Shown one piece after another: positions 39,268-52,058 of a stretch of DNA of 64,000 nt (positions are counted from its first letter, which is position 1; the number at the start of each line of letters is the position of its first letter). Location: positions 806,001 to 870,000 of the forward strand of contig NC_079238.1 in the NCBI RefSeq assembly GCF_027921745.1, written 5' to 3'. The stretch comes from Schizosaccharomyces osmophilus (Eukaryota). The notes under the pieces are model-generated. The model did not search any database, had not been told where the DNA came from, and saw only the letters and a program-made list of their open reading frames with translations. The position numbers and the translations under genes were made by a program.

Positions 39268-39660
39268 TTATATCTTTTCTGAAAACTTTTGAAACTCCTC
39301 TTCATTCATAATCTGGTTCAATTCATCCATTCGTACATGAAACGCTTTCATTTCATTTTCAAACCTCGTAAGCAAATGCTCTGTTGACTTCAAGGATTCA
39401 TCAATTGATTCCATTTCTTGTCTTTCGCTTTCTTCACCTGTTCGTCCTTCTGCATTTGCATTCTCTTGTCTTACCATGGGTACATTCTCAACTTTTTCTT
39501 TCTGATCCTCCAATTGTCCTTTCCTAGTCTCTTCATCCTTCCCCGGATCGTGCTTGTTTTCCATTTCCTCTACAATATCTTGTAATTCCTTTAAATCCAT
39601 AGCAAATCTTTGTTTTCGTGTCAATCGAGATACTGCCTGTCGTGCTTTCCTTTTTTGCAC
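39268..39660 (-). CDS. charged coiled-coil orphan protein; true 5' end uncertain
   Basis: 130-codon E/K-rich open frame between amt2 and sdh6 (recalled position of SPAC664.13); track start is GTG, first in-frame ATG at 39600, upstream exon not resolved. Confidence 0.6.
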   Translation of the reverse strand: MQKRKARQAVSRLTRKQRFAMDLKELQDIVEEMENKHDPGKDEETRKGQLEDQKEKVENVPMVRQENANAEGRTGEESERQEMESIDESLKSTEHLLTRFENEMKAFHVRMDELNQIMNEEEFQKFSEKI

Positions 39661-40202
39661 CTTTCTTGATTAATTGAAATAGAATTCAATTTGAATAAAA
39701 ACAATGAATTCTTTTATAAGGAATTTTCGCTTTTTCGCGCTTTTGGATTCTGGGTTCTGGGTTCCTTGAATCTATTATTTAATGGAATCGAGTTTACTTC
39801 CAACAAAAAGGCCTACTCATTCTTAAGGAAATCCTTCCCAAAAAGATTTTGCATTATTTTGTTTCTTTTTGTATATTTATTTCAAAACCCTGTATTCTTT
39901 TCTTCTGTTCTGGTCTTTTCCTATTCTCAGACTAAAAGTCATAATTGACTTGTAAACCCATACTCTCCTCTTATTGAAACACTTACAACAAAACGTTCTA
40001 TGTATGAAAAATTATTTGTTGAAAAGTTAATCTCATAATTTTGAACGTTCCTTCCTCTTTGCCATTGAACTTTCTGGCAGAAATTGTTTCAATCTATCCC
40101 CCTTTCAGTTGTTGTAAGATACTTTTTTCAGATATTTGCATTCGAATTTAGATATTCTCCCCTCGTCTCTTTCTCTCTTGTACATTCTTTCTTCTTACCG
40201 TC

Positions 40203-40501
40203 ATGGCTCGCTCTGGTCTACAAAAACAAGTGATACAGTTTTATCGTCGATGTCTTCATGGTGCTAAACAAAAGGAAAAGGTAAGCTACAAGACTACAGA
40301 TACTCAAATTTTTAAATTTCATTTGCTTACACGATTTAGATTTATCAACCACATTGGCTGGAATTTGTACACACAGAATTTCGTCGAAACCAACATATCC
40401 CAAGAACCGAATTCTTTTATATTGAACACTTACTAAGAGTTGGTCAACGTCGTTATGAAACTTATTCTCGGCCAGAAGTAAAGGACATCAATTTGACTTA
40501 G
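40203..40501 (+). CDS. sdh6: LYR-family succinate dehydrogenase assembly factor (SDHAF1/Sdh6), 2 exons
   Basis: Exons 40203-40280 and 40340-40501: MARSGLQKQVIQFYRRCL...EFRRN...IEHLLRVGQRR. Confidence 0.85.
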
Positions 40502-40855
40502 TGAATCTATCCATCTTGGTTTCCTGTACGGTTATTTTACCAAATCCTCTAAAATACGACTGCCATAAAATTGTCATGATGAATGTTAACTACTTCTTTC
40601 CTTTTTTTTGACTCGTGAAATTCAATTCAATCATCTTCTCTTTCCCTTCATCTCCTTTTGCTCGAATCCACCGCCTTCATACATGACTTTACATATCTTA
40701 GATTACTTAAGATTTTCGTCTTTACCGTTTCTTTTTATTTTCACGATCAAGTATAATTTTATTTTTTTAACCCAAAAAGTAACAGGGTAATTATATCACA
40801 AAACATTTCAAAATTCAATCATATGCATTCGCATGATAATTCATTGAAAACACTT

Positions 40856-42877
40856 TTACTTCTTCTCACCTTCACCTGAAGCGTTACCAGATTCATTACC
40901 TTCATTTTGATTGTTCTTGTAAACAGTTTCGAAAACCTTAAGAGAGGCTTGTTGAATCTCGTCAATCTTCTTCTTGAGGTCTTCACCGGTGACGCTCTCA
41001 TCACCGCTGTTAGCCTTGGCAATGTTTTCACGAACATCGGTAATCTTGGCACGCAAGTCCTCAACACCTTGCTTCTCAAGCTTTTCCTTGTGAATATCAA
41101 GGTTGGATTCAATGTCCATACAGACACTTTCAGCACGGTTACCGTTCTCAATAGCGTCCTTACGAGCCATATCAGCAGCACGGTACTTCTCAGCATCGGC
41201 AACCATAGATTCGATTTCAGACTCGCTCAAACCAGAGGAGCCAGCAACAGTGATGGAGTTGTCCTTGCTGGTGGCCTTGTCACGAGCAGAGACGTTAATG
41301 ATACCATCAGCATCAACATCGAAAGAAACTTCAATTTGGGGTTGACCCTTAGGAGCAGGAGCGATACCACCAAGTTGGAAGTTGCCAATCAACTTGTTAT
41401 CACGAACAAGTTCACGTTCACCTTGGAAAACGCGAATCTCGACGGCACTTTGGCCATCAGCGGCAGTAGAGAAAACTTGAGACTTGCGGGTGGGGATGGT
41501 GGTGTTACGGTTAATCAAACGAGTGAAAACACCTCCCAAGGTCTCAATACCCAAGGACAAAGGAGTAACATCCAAAAGAACAAGATCCTTGACATGACCA
41601 GACAAGACACCACCTTGAATAGCGGCACCAATGGCAACAGCTTCATCAGGGTTGACAGACTTGGCGGGCTCACGCTTGAAAATGCTCTTGACAGTGTCTA
41701 AAACACGAGGCATACGAGTCATACCACCAACGAGAATAACTTCGTTGATGTCAGTAACTTGCAAGTTGGCATCCTTCAAGGCACGCTTGCAAGGGTCGAT
41801 GGTGCGGCGAACCAAGGGGTCAACAAGCTTTTCGAATTGAGCACGAGAGATTTCCATGTTGATGTGCTTAGGGCCAGTGGCATCAGCGGTGATGAAAGGA
41901 AGGCTGATATCAGTCTTGGACAAGGTGGAAAGTTCGCACTTGGCCTTTTCAGCGGCTTCACGGATACGTTGAACAGCCAAACGGTCACCAGTCAAGTCAA
42001 TGTTATCGGTGTTCTTAAAGGTGCTGATGATGTGACGAACGATAGCAATGTCAAAGTCTTCACCACCCAAGTGGGTATCACCGTTGGTGCTTCTAACTTC
42101 GAAAACACCGTTGTTCAACTCAAGAACGGAGACATCAAAAGTACCACCACCCAAGTCGAAAACAGCGACAACGGCGTCATTCTTCTTGTCAAGACCATAA
42201 GCCAAAGCAGCAGCAGTGGGTTCGTTAACAACACGCATAACATTCAAACCAGCAATGGCACCAGCGGCCTTAGTAGCTTGACGTTGAGAGTCGTTGAAAT
42301 AAGCAGGAACAGTTACAACAGCATTCTTAACATTTTTACCGAGGAAGTCACTAGCGGTTTCCTTCATCTTACCAAGAACGAAACCACCAATTTGAGAGGG
42401 AGAGTATTTGTTACCACGAGCTTCTAACCAGGCGTCACCATTTGTGTGTTCGACAATCTTGAAGGGAACTTCGTGAATATCACGTTGAACTTCAGGTTCC
42501 TTGAATCTACGGCCGATCAAACGCTTGGTAGCGTAGAAAGTGTTTTCAGGGTTGATAACGGCTTGACGCTTGGCACTAACACCAACCAAACGTTCGTTAT
42601 CCTTGTTGAAGGCAACAACCGAGGGAGTAGTACGAGTACCTTCAGCGTTGGCGATGACCTTGGGGGTCTCACCCTCCATAATTGCCAAACAAGAGGTGGT
42701 AGTACCCAAGTCAATACCAATCACGGGACCTTGAACCTTATCGTTGGGAGCTTCAGTAGAGTTCCAACGAAGGCCAGATCCAAGGCGGGAAGCAGCAGCT
42801 CCAAATCCAGCAGCAGAACGCTGTCCTTGGAGTCGTAATCCATTTCGGACTACTTGAGTGATTCTAGGAGAAATCAT
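40856..42877 (-). CDS. ssc1: mitochondrial Hsp70
   Basis: Arg-rich presequence, [30 protein letters not shown]; DnaK-like. Confidence 0.97.
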   Translation of the reverse strand: MISPRITQVVRNGLRLQGQRSAAGFGAAASRLGSGLRWNSTEAPNDKVQGPVIGIDLGTTTSCLAIMEGETPKVIANAEGTRTTPSVVAFNKDNERLVGVSAKRQAVINPENTFYATKRLIGRRFKEPEVQRDIHEVPFKIVEHTNGDAWLEARGNKYSPSQIGGFVLGKMKETASDFLGKNVKNAVVTVPAYFNDSQRQATKAAGAIAGLNVMRVVNEPTAAALAYGLDKKNDAVVAVFDLGGGTFDVSVLELNNGVFEVRSTNGDTHLGGEDFDIAIVRHIISTFKNTDNIDLTGDRLAVQRIREAAEKAKCELSTLSKTDISLPFITADATGPKHINMEISRAQFEKLVDPLVRRTIDPCKRALKDANLQVTDINEVILVGGMTRMPRVLDTVKSIFKREPAKSVNPDEAVAIGAAIQGGVLSGHVKDLVLLDVTPLSLGIETLGGVFTRLINRNTTIPTRKSQVFSTAADGQSAVEIRVFQGERELVRDNKLIGNFQLGGIAPAPKGQPQIEVSFDVDADGIINVSARDKATSKDNSITVAGSSGLSESEIESMVADAEKYRAADMARKDAIENGNRAESVCMDIESNLDIHKEKLEKQGVEDLRAKITDVRENIAKANSGDESVTGEDLKKKIDEIQQASLKVFETVYKNNQNEGNESGNASGEGEKK

Positions 42878-43693
42878 CTTTCGAAATATTTAAGGAGTCC
42901 TTGTTTAAAGAACTTTCGAACTTGAAATGCCAATTATCCACACAAAAAGTTATTTTTTTACGATATTAAAATCCTATCGTCAAATTAAGTATGCTTTGAT
43001 TAAAAGAATTATTTTTTTTTTTACTAAGAAAACTTCGAAATTTCCTAGTTCTTTTATGGGAGATCAGACAGGTGGTGTTTGGCTTTGTCTAAGTTAAATA
43101 TGCCGTGAAGGACGACGAGAATGTTCCTTCGTGGCGGACCCCTCCTCTACTGTCGTCCACTCATTATCAGATGCTCACATCTCAAAACCTGTCTCACCCT
43201 TACTCGAAGCAAAATCGAAATCGGGAGAACATTTCTCAGCGGAATGGAAAGAATTGCCGAGCAAATAAAAACGCTTAGAAAACAAAACAGAATACGAAGG
43301 AAAACAGCATCATTTTGTAAATTAGATGAAAAGAGAACCTTCAACTTGACTTTTCGAAGAATAACTGTTGTTTGAAAATACTAAAATAATATAAAAAGTG
43401 AAAATATTGAAAATATATTTGTCCGTTTGTCCCATCTATAAAAAAATCTATAAAGAAAAATACAAAGTTCATTAAATAACTCATTAACAATGGGGAATTC
43501 TACTACTGACAGACAAAAAGTAGAAACCGAAAAAAAAGACGCGAATGAACCGAAAAGAGTGCTCAAAGAATGTATGTAGTTTTTGAAACTTGCACAGGAA
43601 CAAGCCAAAATAAAAAAATAAAAAATTAAAGAAATTAAATTACAAAGAGAAAGAGAAAGAGAGCAAGAAATTAAAGGGGGACGGATTCATGCT

Positions 43694-46203
43694 TTATTTC
43701 ATCACACGCCTGGCAGTTCCAATATGGGTATTGTTGACCTTCGTAGCGAAACGCAAGCTGCATAGTGTTTCCGATACGTGTTGTTGAACTGGGGATACGT
43801 TGACAAACATCAATGTTTTGCTATTTCCTCCTAATGAATGTTGAAGTAAATTTGTCAATTTGGAATTTCGATATGGAACGTACGTCCCTTCTTTTTCGCT
43901 GCCTAAAGCATGGATTACGTCTCCCAAGCAACTCAAGCTTTTGTTAATGGCTTGTGTTTCCTTTAGTCGATCTCCTGTACTTTGACTATGTGACAACCGT
44001 TCGGATCCGGCCAAGTCTATCAAATTCAAAGTACTATGACATCTCTCGCCCGTTAGGTGGTTTATTCCTTGAATGTGAAGCATAAATACAGAGTGCGATC
44101 TAGAAGAGTGCTCGTTGGCATTTGTCGCTGCCACAAATCGATTCTTTGCAGACTGTTCTAAGAGCCAACTCACTTGCTCCGAGCTCTCCAACGGTTCACG
44201 GGTCAAATTGGTAACAAAAGTTTTTCCTTCTTTTGCATCATGGTAGATTTCATATCTTCTTTTGTCGCCGTCGTCGTTGGAATTGCTTACAAGCAAATCT
44301 TTTATGCTTTCGTTGTAGATTTCGAGAAATTGGCCTTCCATGCGATACTCCCATCCACGTTCGCGAAGTCCAAAGGCTCGATTATATATCATTTGTACTG
44401 CACATGGAATCATACCCGTGGGAGAAGACATCGTGTACGTTTTTCCAGAACCGGTCTGTCCATAGGCAAAGATACAAACATTATAGCCATCCATAGCACT
44501 TTGTATTAGCTGGGAAATTTCATCGAAAATTTCCTCATTATTGATGTCTGGTGCAAAAACCCTATCGAACTTAAATGGATACTTTTTTAGGGAATTACCA
44601 TTCAAAGAACTGCCAGTCCCTTCTGTTAACACTTCTATTTCATTTGCGTCTTCTCCTTGGTCTGGGTAACTAATTTCGGCTGGCTTTTCTTCTCCCATGC
44701 ATGGTCGGACACGGCAGAATACTCGGATGTTCCCCTTCAATTCTTGTATCGTATTGTGTAATTTCCTTCTCACAGATTCTTCTTTCAAAAGCTTGTTGAT
44801 CAAAGTCTGTTTGTCGCTATTACTAGCGTCTAGAAGTGATTCCACTTCAGAAAGTCGACTTTGTAAACTCTGGTTTTTTCCTTCTAATTCAACAATAGTG
44901 CTTTCCAGTGAACGATTCATAGATTCCGATTTTAAGAGTGCTGCGCTTCTTTCATCAAGACTCACTTGTAAAGAAGTGCTTGTGTCTTTTTGCAATTTCA
45001 AAGAACTTTGAGTTTGTTCAAGTTGAGATGCAAAATTATCACGGCTTTCTTCTAGAGGTTTAATCTTAATCTCTAACTCGTGTATAGTAGCCTCGTGCTT
45101 CTCAGTCGTTTTCTTTAAAGCCAGCGATGCACCTTCCTGTACCTTTTTAATAAATGCGTCCTTTTCTTCCGTAATGGTTTTTATCACTGCTTCATGTTCA
45201 GCAGAGACACCTTTCATTAATTGTTCATAGTGATTTTCGACTTCCTCCATCCGTTGTTTCGATTGAAGTTGTAAATTGTTGCGCTCTTCAGTATATAGCA
45301 ACTCCCGTTCTTGTTGTTTCTGCTGATAGATGTAACTCTCATTTTCCATTACTCTTGCATGATTCATTTCCATATCTTCGATTTGACGATGATGCTCTCG
45401 CTCCGTACCTTCAAAAACTTCTTTCAAAGTTTCCATTTGCTTTTTGGAATAAATCTGGTTGGCTTCATGCTCTGCCACTTCACGAAGAAGAGTCGAGTAG
45501 TCATTTTGTAAACTCAATGATCGGCTTCTTTCATTTTGTAGAGATTCTTCAAGCATTTGAGTACGTTGGCTAAAAAAATCTTTTACATCAGGGGACTGAG
45601 TAGATGTTTGTAAAACTTTCTCAGAAAGAGTGGAATAAGCAAGCTCTATGCTTCTAAGACGAGCTTCAGTAGAGTTATCTGTAATCGGAGAAGGCTCAGT
45701 TCTCTCATCCGAGTAGGTGGTCATGCTTTCATCCGAGAAACTTTTTGTTTCATCCATACTACTTCTCGAAGTTGGTGGGATACTTGCAGGTTTTTGTAAA
45801 TGAGAAGATGCTGAAACGGAACGCTTATACACTGAGTTTCCCACTGGTCTAGAGGCATTTGGTCTTCCCGAAGAAGCAGGAGCTCTTGTCTTTATAGCAG
45901 GAAGAGACGTCTTTCCAGCACTTGCTGGAGGAGCCATCTTGCTAGGCAATTTGGTTGGCTTTATTAGATTTGCTTCATTGATCAATGTAGAAAGGGATGC
46001 TCTTGGTTTCAGAATACGAGATGATAAATTGGTTTTTACCGATGGAGGAGGGATATGAGAGTCAAATTCCTTTATTCCATTGCGCGCTGGCGACAATGAT
46101 TTTGTAGAAGTTGGTATACGTGACTATACAAAAGGTTAACAAATAGACTTTTATTTTTAATGTTTCAACTTACTTGTAAACCTGTACTTCTATTTTCCTC
46201 CAT
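43694..46203 (-). CDS. klp2: kinesin-14 (Kar3-like) with C-terminal motor, 2 exons
   Basis: Exon 1 46203-46174, exon 2 from 46123; SRIP and SHIP SxIP motifs, coiled coil, ELKGNIRVFCRVRP, GQTGSGKT, SSRSH, DLAGSE. Confidence 0.93.
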
Positions 46204-46372
46204 AATTTTTCCGCCTTAGAGGTATAGGATAACACTGCATGTATTATGGAGTAAGTACGTGTTCAAAGCATGTTGGAAAACAGATTCGTTGAAAGTATAA
46301 GGTAATTATATAACAAATATCAACAAAGAAATATTTTTTTACTATCAAAATAAGTACAAATTTCTGCTTTTG

Positions 46373-46407
46373 ACGCGAGTTCTCTTCATACAATAATTAA
46401 CACGCGT
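46373..46407. promoter_or_regulatory. MCB-like elements upstream of klp2
   Basis: ACGCGA near 46373 and ACGCGT at 46402-46407, about 170-200 nt from the ATG. Confidence 0.4.
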
Positions 46408-46651
46408 AGCGTCCATACAATGAATGCCTCAATTTTAAACTTAAATGATCCCATTAATCTATATTACCTCTAGTATTAAATAAAAAATTCCAATTATTGT
46501 TTTGATAAATCTTGATATTTTAGGAAATGATAGTCTACATTGTCAGTTAGTAGCAGCATCCATCGAGTCGCACATGGTCATAAACAAGGAACCAACGACA
46601 TCCTCTAATCATCCTTATTTAAGAAGCATCTGCTTTAATATTTCGGTATCC

Positions 46652-48550
46652 TTAATATGCTGCAGCCACAGCTTGTTTCCTACTATCACTAACAGCATAC
46701 AAAGTATTATTCGACTTAAAAACTGCTTGGATTTCACTGAATGGAGATTGGACAGGTATCAAGTCTATCACATGCCCAAACTTTTCCAAAGCTAGCCTCA
46801 CTTCATCTTCGACGGTTTCATCAATGTATGCAATATTAGGCATCAACTGATGATGAAACCTGGGACTCTCAATAGAATCCAATAAAGACTTATTCCATTT
46901 GTATTTCTTTATTATTGTATCCAAAACGGCAGTGACAATTCGGCTACCACCACTTCCACCCAAAACCATTTCAACGCTTCCGTTATTTACAAGAATGGTA
47001 GGAACAGCAGAACTCTGCGGCCTTTTTCCAGGTTGAATAAAATTATAAGGGGACGGACTTAGCCCAAAAGCATTAATAATTCCGGGACTAGCAAAATCAT
47101 CCATATGGTCATTGAAAATGATACCAGTTCCGGGTTCCATAATCTGGGCTCCAAAAAGAAGATTGATAGAAGCTGTCAAACCAACAGCCATACCGTCTTG
47201 GTCAATCACTGAAAGATGCGTGGTACCATGGTTTTGAGGGAAATCGTATTCAGCATGGTAATGGGTGAAATCATAAGTGCGGTCTAGGGATATGTCTTCG
47301 CGAATATCATCCGCATGCCTCTTGGAAAGAAGCTGCATAACGTGTTTGGAATTGTCAAAGAAAGTTGGATCTCCCAACAATGTACGGCCAGCAGACATCC
47401 ACTTCATAGTCTCAATTAATTGATGAAGACCCAGGTCAGTAATCTCGCATCCTAGAATGGAATCTCCCTGAGAGAAATTTACCTCAGAAAGTATGTTTAG
47501 GCCCAAAATTAAAACTTCACCACTACAAGGAGCACCACAGGTGATAACTTCACGGCCTTCAAAGCTCCCATAAACTGGGTTTTCCACATTTACCGAAAAG
47601 TTAGCCATATCCTCCATTGTGAGAATACCACCTTCCGCTTGAACAAAATCTACTAATCGTTTAGCGATGCTGCCTTTATAAAAGACTTCGGCACCATATT
47701 TACTAATTTCTTCAAGAGTTGCAGCAAGAGTTGGACGGTAGAATTTTTCTCCAGCCCTCAAGAAACGCCCATTGGGGGCATACACTTTGGACCAAGTAGG
47801 ATGAGTTCTGAAATAATCAAATTCCGGACGACGAAGACGTGAAGCCAATTCTTTTGGCATAGGCATTCCATATTTCATAAGGTGGATTGTAGGCTCCAAG
47901 AGTTTAGCCCAAGGGAGTTTACCGTACAACTTCCATGCTACTTCGTAGCCGGCAACTTCTCCCGGAACAGCCACAGATAATCCACCAACTTGGGAGACTT
48001 TTGAGTTTCCATGAAACATGTCTTTATGAGAACCAGACGGTGCTGTCTCTCTAAAATTTAGCGAATGAGCTGTTCCATTAGGATGTCGAATTAGCATAAA
48101 GCCTCCGCCACCGATTCCACTGGAGAAAGAATTCACAGCTCCAATACAAATACCACTAGCAATAGCTGCATCCACAGCATTACCACCAGCTTTCAAGATC
48201 TCAGTTCCAACCACAGAGCATGTGTGTTCTTCCGTAGCGACTGCACCATTCCTTCCCTCAATAACAGTTTGGTAATCTCCTTTATTTTTATATCTATATT
48301 TATGAGAAGCTTTCTTGCTAAGTGGGTAAATCTGATCAAAATGTACAGGCCAAATTTTCAATGAAAAAATAGCAGCAAGCAAGACTATGATAATAGCCAA
48401 CAGGGATGGACGAGAAGACCTTTCTAAAGAATTTGTTTCATCCTTATTAGAGACTTTCGATGAAGAACGTTGGGACTTTGAGGTTTTCTTGGCTTTCCCA
48501 GATAAAATAGACTCATCATATTTTTTCGATGCAGACGATTTTGAAGTCAT
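46652..48550 (-). CDS. ggt1: gamma-glutamyltranspeptidase
   Basis: N-terminal TM anchor, GGNAVDAAI, SGIGGGGF, catalytic GTTHLSV, PGKRPQSS, GGSGGSRI. Confidence 0.93.
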   Translation of the reverse strand: MTSKSSASKKYDESILSGKAKKTSKSQRSSSKVSNKDETNSLERSSRPSLLAIIIVLLAAIFSLKIWPVHFDQIYPLSKKASHKYRYKNKGDYQTVIEGRNGAVATEEHTCSVVGTEILKAGGNAVDAAIASGICIGAVNSFSSGIGGGGFMLIRHPNGTAHSLNFRETAPSGSHKDMFHGNSKVSQVGGLSVAVPGEVAGYEVAWKLYGKLPWAKLLEPTIHLMKYGMPMPKELASRLRRPEFDYFRTHPTWSKVYAPNGRFLRAGEKFYRPTLAATLEEISKYGAEVFYKGSIAKRLVDFVQAEGGILTMEDMANFSVNVENPVYGSFEGREVITCGAPCSGEVLILGLNILSEVNFSQGDSILGCEITDLGLHQLIETMKWMSAGRTLLGDPTFFDNSKHVMQLLSKRHADDIREDISLDRTYDFTHYHAEYDFPQNHGTTHLSVIDQDGMAVGLTASINLLFGAQIMEPGTGIIFNDHMDDFASPGIINAFGLSPSPYNFIQPGKRPQSSAVPTILVNNGSVEMVLGGSGGSRIVTAVLDTIIKKYKWNKSLLDSIESPRFHHQLMPNIAYIDETVEDEVRLALEKFGHVIDLIPVQSPFSEIQAVFKSNNTLYAVSDSRKQAVAAAY

Positions 48551-49534
48551 CGCTTTAACAAATCAAAGAAACAACTTGCTAAGAAGAACAAAAAAAGAGA
48601 AGGAGTTGAAATATTCTATATTCGTGTTTGTTTTGGTTTTGCTTTGTTTTCTTGGTTATTATGCAACCATAAAGGAGAATCACCAAATCTCTGTCGAAAG
48701 TGAAAAAAAAAGGTGTGGGCGTAGATATATAAAAGAAAGAAAGAACAAGTAAATCCTCTTTTTACATTAAATGATGCATTGAAGTTTAACGTTTCGTCTG
48801 TAAACACTTGAGGTGTGGTTAGGCAACGAGTGGTGGTGTAGCAAGTAAAAACAAGTTCGCTTGAGAGCGCTTTCAAAGCTATTTAGCATGCGATTCCTAT
48901 AAAGAGTTTTCAAGGAAAGCTGAGAATAGAAAACAAAAGCAGAAGCAAAGGAAAAAAGTCCCTAGATATATCCATATGCTGTACGCTTTTCTGACGTTCT
49001 GTCGATTTTTGAGAAACGAGTTGAGCTAGTTACAATTTTTTGAAATTGAAAAATGATTCATGATTTTAAAATGCCTTTGGTTTGAAAACGCGGCAGATCA
49101 GAAATGAGTCCACTTTTAAAGTTGTGTATGGGTTGTCTAGGTTGTTTAAGTAAAGCAGCAACTGTTGTACTTCAATGGGCATTAACACCGACAACCATTC
49201 CTACAGACGGCGTGGTGCGTCTTTTTGTAATTTTGTGAAAGTTCGCACAAAGCATTCAACCAGCCGCTAACTTTACATGTTTCCATTTTTTTGTTAGACT
49301 TGCAATTGTGCAAACAAGTTGGTTGTTTACAAGCTGCGAATTCCTCTGTCATGTAGCTACGCTTTCGTATCAACATAGAAAGCATTTTGTCACGAAATAA
49401 AATAAATAAACAAATTCATTATCAATACGGAATGGTATAAAAAGAGAAAAAAAAGAGCATTCATGGATTTCCAAGGGCCCATTTACCCGTTATTTTGGCT
49501 GTTATAATGTTAAAAGGACCTTGCTAATGAATTG

Positions 49535-49616
49535 TCCCGGGTAGCTCAATCGGTTAGAGCGTCTGACTCTTACGAAGGTAATCAGAAGGTTGCGAGTTCG
49601 ATTCTCGCCTTGGGAG
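49535..49616 (+). tRNA. tRNA-Lys(CTT) with 8-nt intron
   Basis: TCCCGGG/CTTGGGA acceptor stem, TCTGA-CT-CTT-A[CGAAGGTA]A-TCAGA, GTTCGATTC T-loop, T5 downstream. Confidence 0.95.
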
Positions 49617-49894
49617 CTCCTTTTTGACGACTGCAGTCATTAAAAATTTTGAAGAGTTGATGTGAATTACTTTGGTGTTTTTGAAGAATTTATGTGGATA
49701 AACTAAATTTGCAGCGACTTGGAAGAAACCAGGAACGGTAATTTCTGTTTCTGGAATTTACAGTTTCTAGCACGAGGTATGAAGTGAATTTACTTAGATA
49801 AAATTACCATAAATTTCTATAAATAAGGAGCCGAGTTGGTAATCATGAAAAAGAATAAACGAGGCATTTGTTTGGTATAGTACACGAGACAGCA

Positions 49895-52058
49895 CTATCC
49901 AGTCCAAAAATATCCCAATGTTTTATATTGTAATACTCTGCTTCCCAATGTTTTCCAGTCGCTAGCCTTAATCCAGAATTCAGAAACAATCCGTAAACGA
50001 TTGTATATGCAACCACCCTTCCATGCAATAATCTGAGCATCTAATCCACGTGGAGGTGGTAACACAGCAATGTTCGAAATGTTTGCTCGCTTCGATTGCA
50101 GCCGCTCTTCTAAAAGATGCGAAAATCCAGGAAACAAGGCACCACCACCAACAACCAAGATACTAGAGTATAGGTTCTTGGCCTGATCACCCAAATTCCC
50201 TTCACAAGCGCTGAAAATACTTTGGTTAATGGCATCATCCAAAGGATAAACAAGCTTCTCCTTGATTTTTTCCGGAGAGGCAAGTGACCCCAAATGAATG
50301 ACCCTTGGTCTTTTATTTTCGTTTGGTTCATCTCCCTCATAATCCTCTACTATTGATTTGGATTCTTCTTCCTTTGACGCCAAAGGAGCAGAAATTTGCA
50401 ACAAGGTTGTGTGTGCAAGTGACTCTGGATTGTTTGGCTGGTTTTCATACACGTCCACAGGAACAGGGAAAAGCTTGTATCTATCCTTCAATTTTTCTCC
50501 ATTTTCAAAAATATCGGGACGAAAGTATCCAAATGGAGAAAGGATTGTTTCATCCAGTACCTTAAATGAATATTTTTTGGTTCCACCATCTGGAGTACGG
50601 GAGTGAAAGTCGTTCAATTGGATATTATACGTTCCTTGGCTAATACCACAATATTTTTCCTTTAAACTTTGCATCAAATTCCAATCGTAAGGGAGAGAAA
50701 GGTCAATCTCACGATATGGAAAATGGCTTTTCGCTAAGAGCTTCGCAAATAACAGCGTTATGTCGTCTCCTCCGTACTTCATATTAATTCTTGAATTTGG
50801 AATTACAATTCCTTCTTCCACACAGCTTACGGCCGTTTTTTCAGCACCCACGTCTACAACACAAGCAGAAGACATTCCAGCACCAAACGACGTACAGAGG
50901 GACTCTTGTACAATGGCATTTTTTCCAAACTGAAGGTCATAAAATAAAAGGTCTAAAAATCTTTCTACGTAAATGCGATCATAAAGATCCGGAACGATGA
51001 AAACGGATGAGTACTGGGGTAACTGCGAAAGTGGTATTTGGAGCAAGTCGGAAATAGAGTACTTTAATATCTCATATATATCTGAAAACAACTGCTGAGA
51101 GGATTCATAATCATTTTCATTGAATATTCCATCCTTTAGAGGATGAAAAAACCTATATTCCGGATATTCCTTTACTGGAAGGAGTGAAGCCTACACTTGT
51201 TAGTGGGATTTTCGTTAAGTCATAGCGATGACAATAGTATACCTCTTCGCCGATAATCACGTCTGGTCGTTTATTATTCTCAAACTGAATCCAATCGGGC
51301 TTGAGAGGATCTTCATGAGATGGGATGACTTCTGGTTTAGATATTTTATTAAAGTTGTTCACGAGCGCTGTACCATTGGGAACAGGTCGATTTTTCTTTG
51401 CTTTTAAACGAGCCTTCAATTCCGTTTGCAGCATTTTCAAATTGTTTTCAAACTAAAAATTCAAAGTGGTGAGCTGACATTCCCTCATATTCCCATTGAA
51501 AAGAATCAGCATACCTCTTCATCAAATTGCAGGTTGCCATCCTTGTTTTTTTTGCAAATTTTAGACAATTGGAGGTGACGATGTTCAGGATCAACATTCA
51601 TTTTTCTGGCGATAACCATGGGGACAGTTTTCGGAGAATTATCTGATGCTAATCCAATACGAAGATTTTGGGATCCTACATGAATGACCACTGTTTTAGC
51701 ATCCCTCTGACGTTCCGTTAGTAGAAATTTTTGGAAATTTAAATAAAAATACCTGTTTTCCTTCTTGTGTATTTTCTTCCATGCCATCCTCCTCTTCTTC
51801 GGCAACCTTTTTGGATTCTTCTTGTTTGACGTCTCCTACTGTTGTATCAGGCTCACCGTCCTTGGCACTAGCAGTATCTCTCCAAATGTACATTTGATCA
51901 TCTCGTTTCAAATAATCTCTTAAAAAGTTAGTGCAACTCACTATGGACATGACATACGTGTAGAAGTTTTTCTGATTGATAGGAGGAACAATCTGAAATT
52001 GTGTAAATTTAAAGTCAATTCCTTCCTCAGTGTCACTTTGTTTTCTTTTCGGTGCCAT
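49895..52058 (-). CDS. arp8: Ino80 complex actin-related protein 8, multi-exon
   Basis: MAPKRKQ..., INQKNFYTDYLKRDDQ, VVIHVGSQNLRIG, CVVDVGAEKT, WKGG; four short GT-AG introns in the 5' half. Confidence 0.92.

Noticed and set aside
40907..42838. Series of long antisense ORFs over ssc1
   Set aside because: Well-known artefact on Hsp70 genes caused by codon bias.
42900..43360. GAA/TTC motifs upstream of ssc1 as heat-shock elements
   Set aside because: No clean three-unit nGAAn array; spacing is mostly imperfect.
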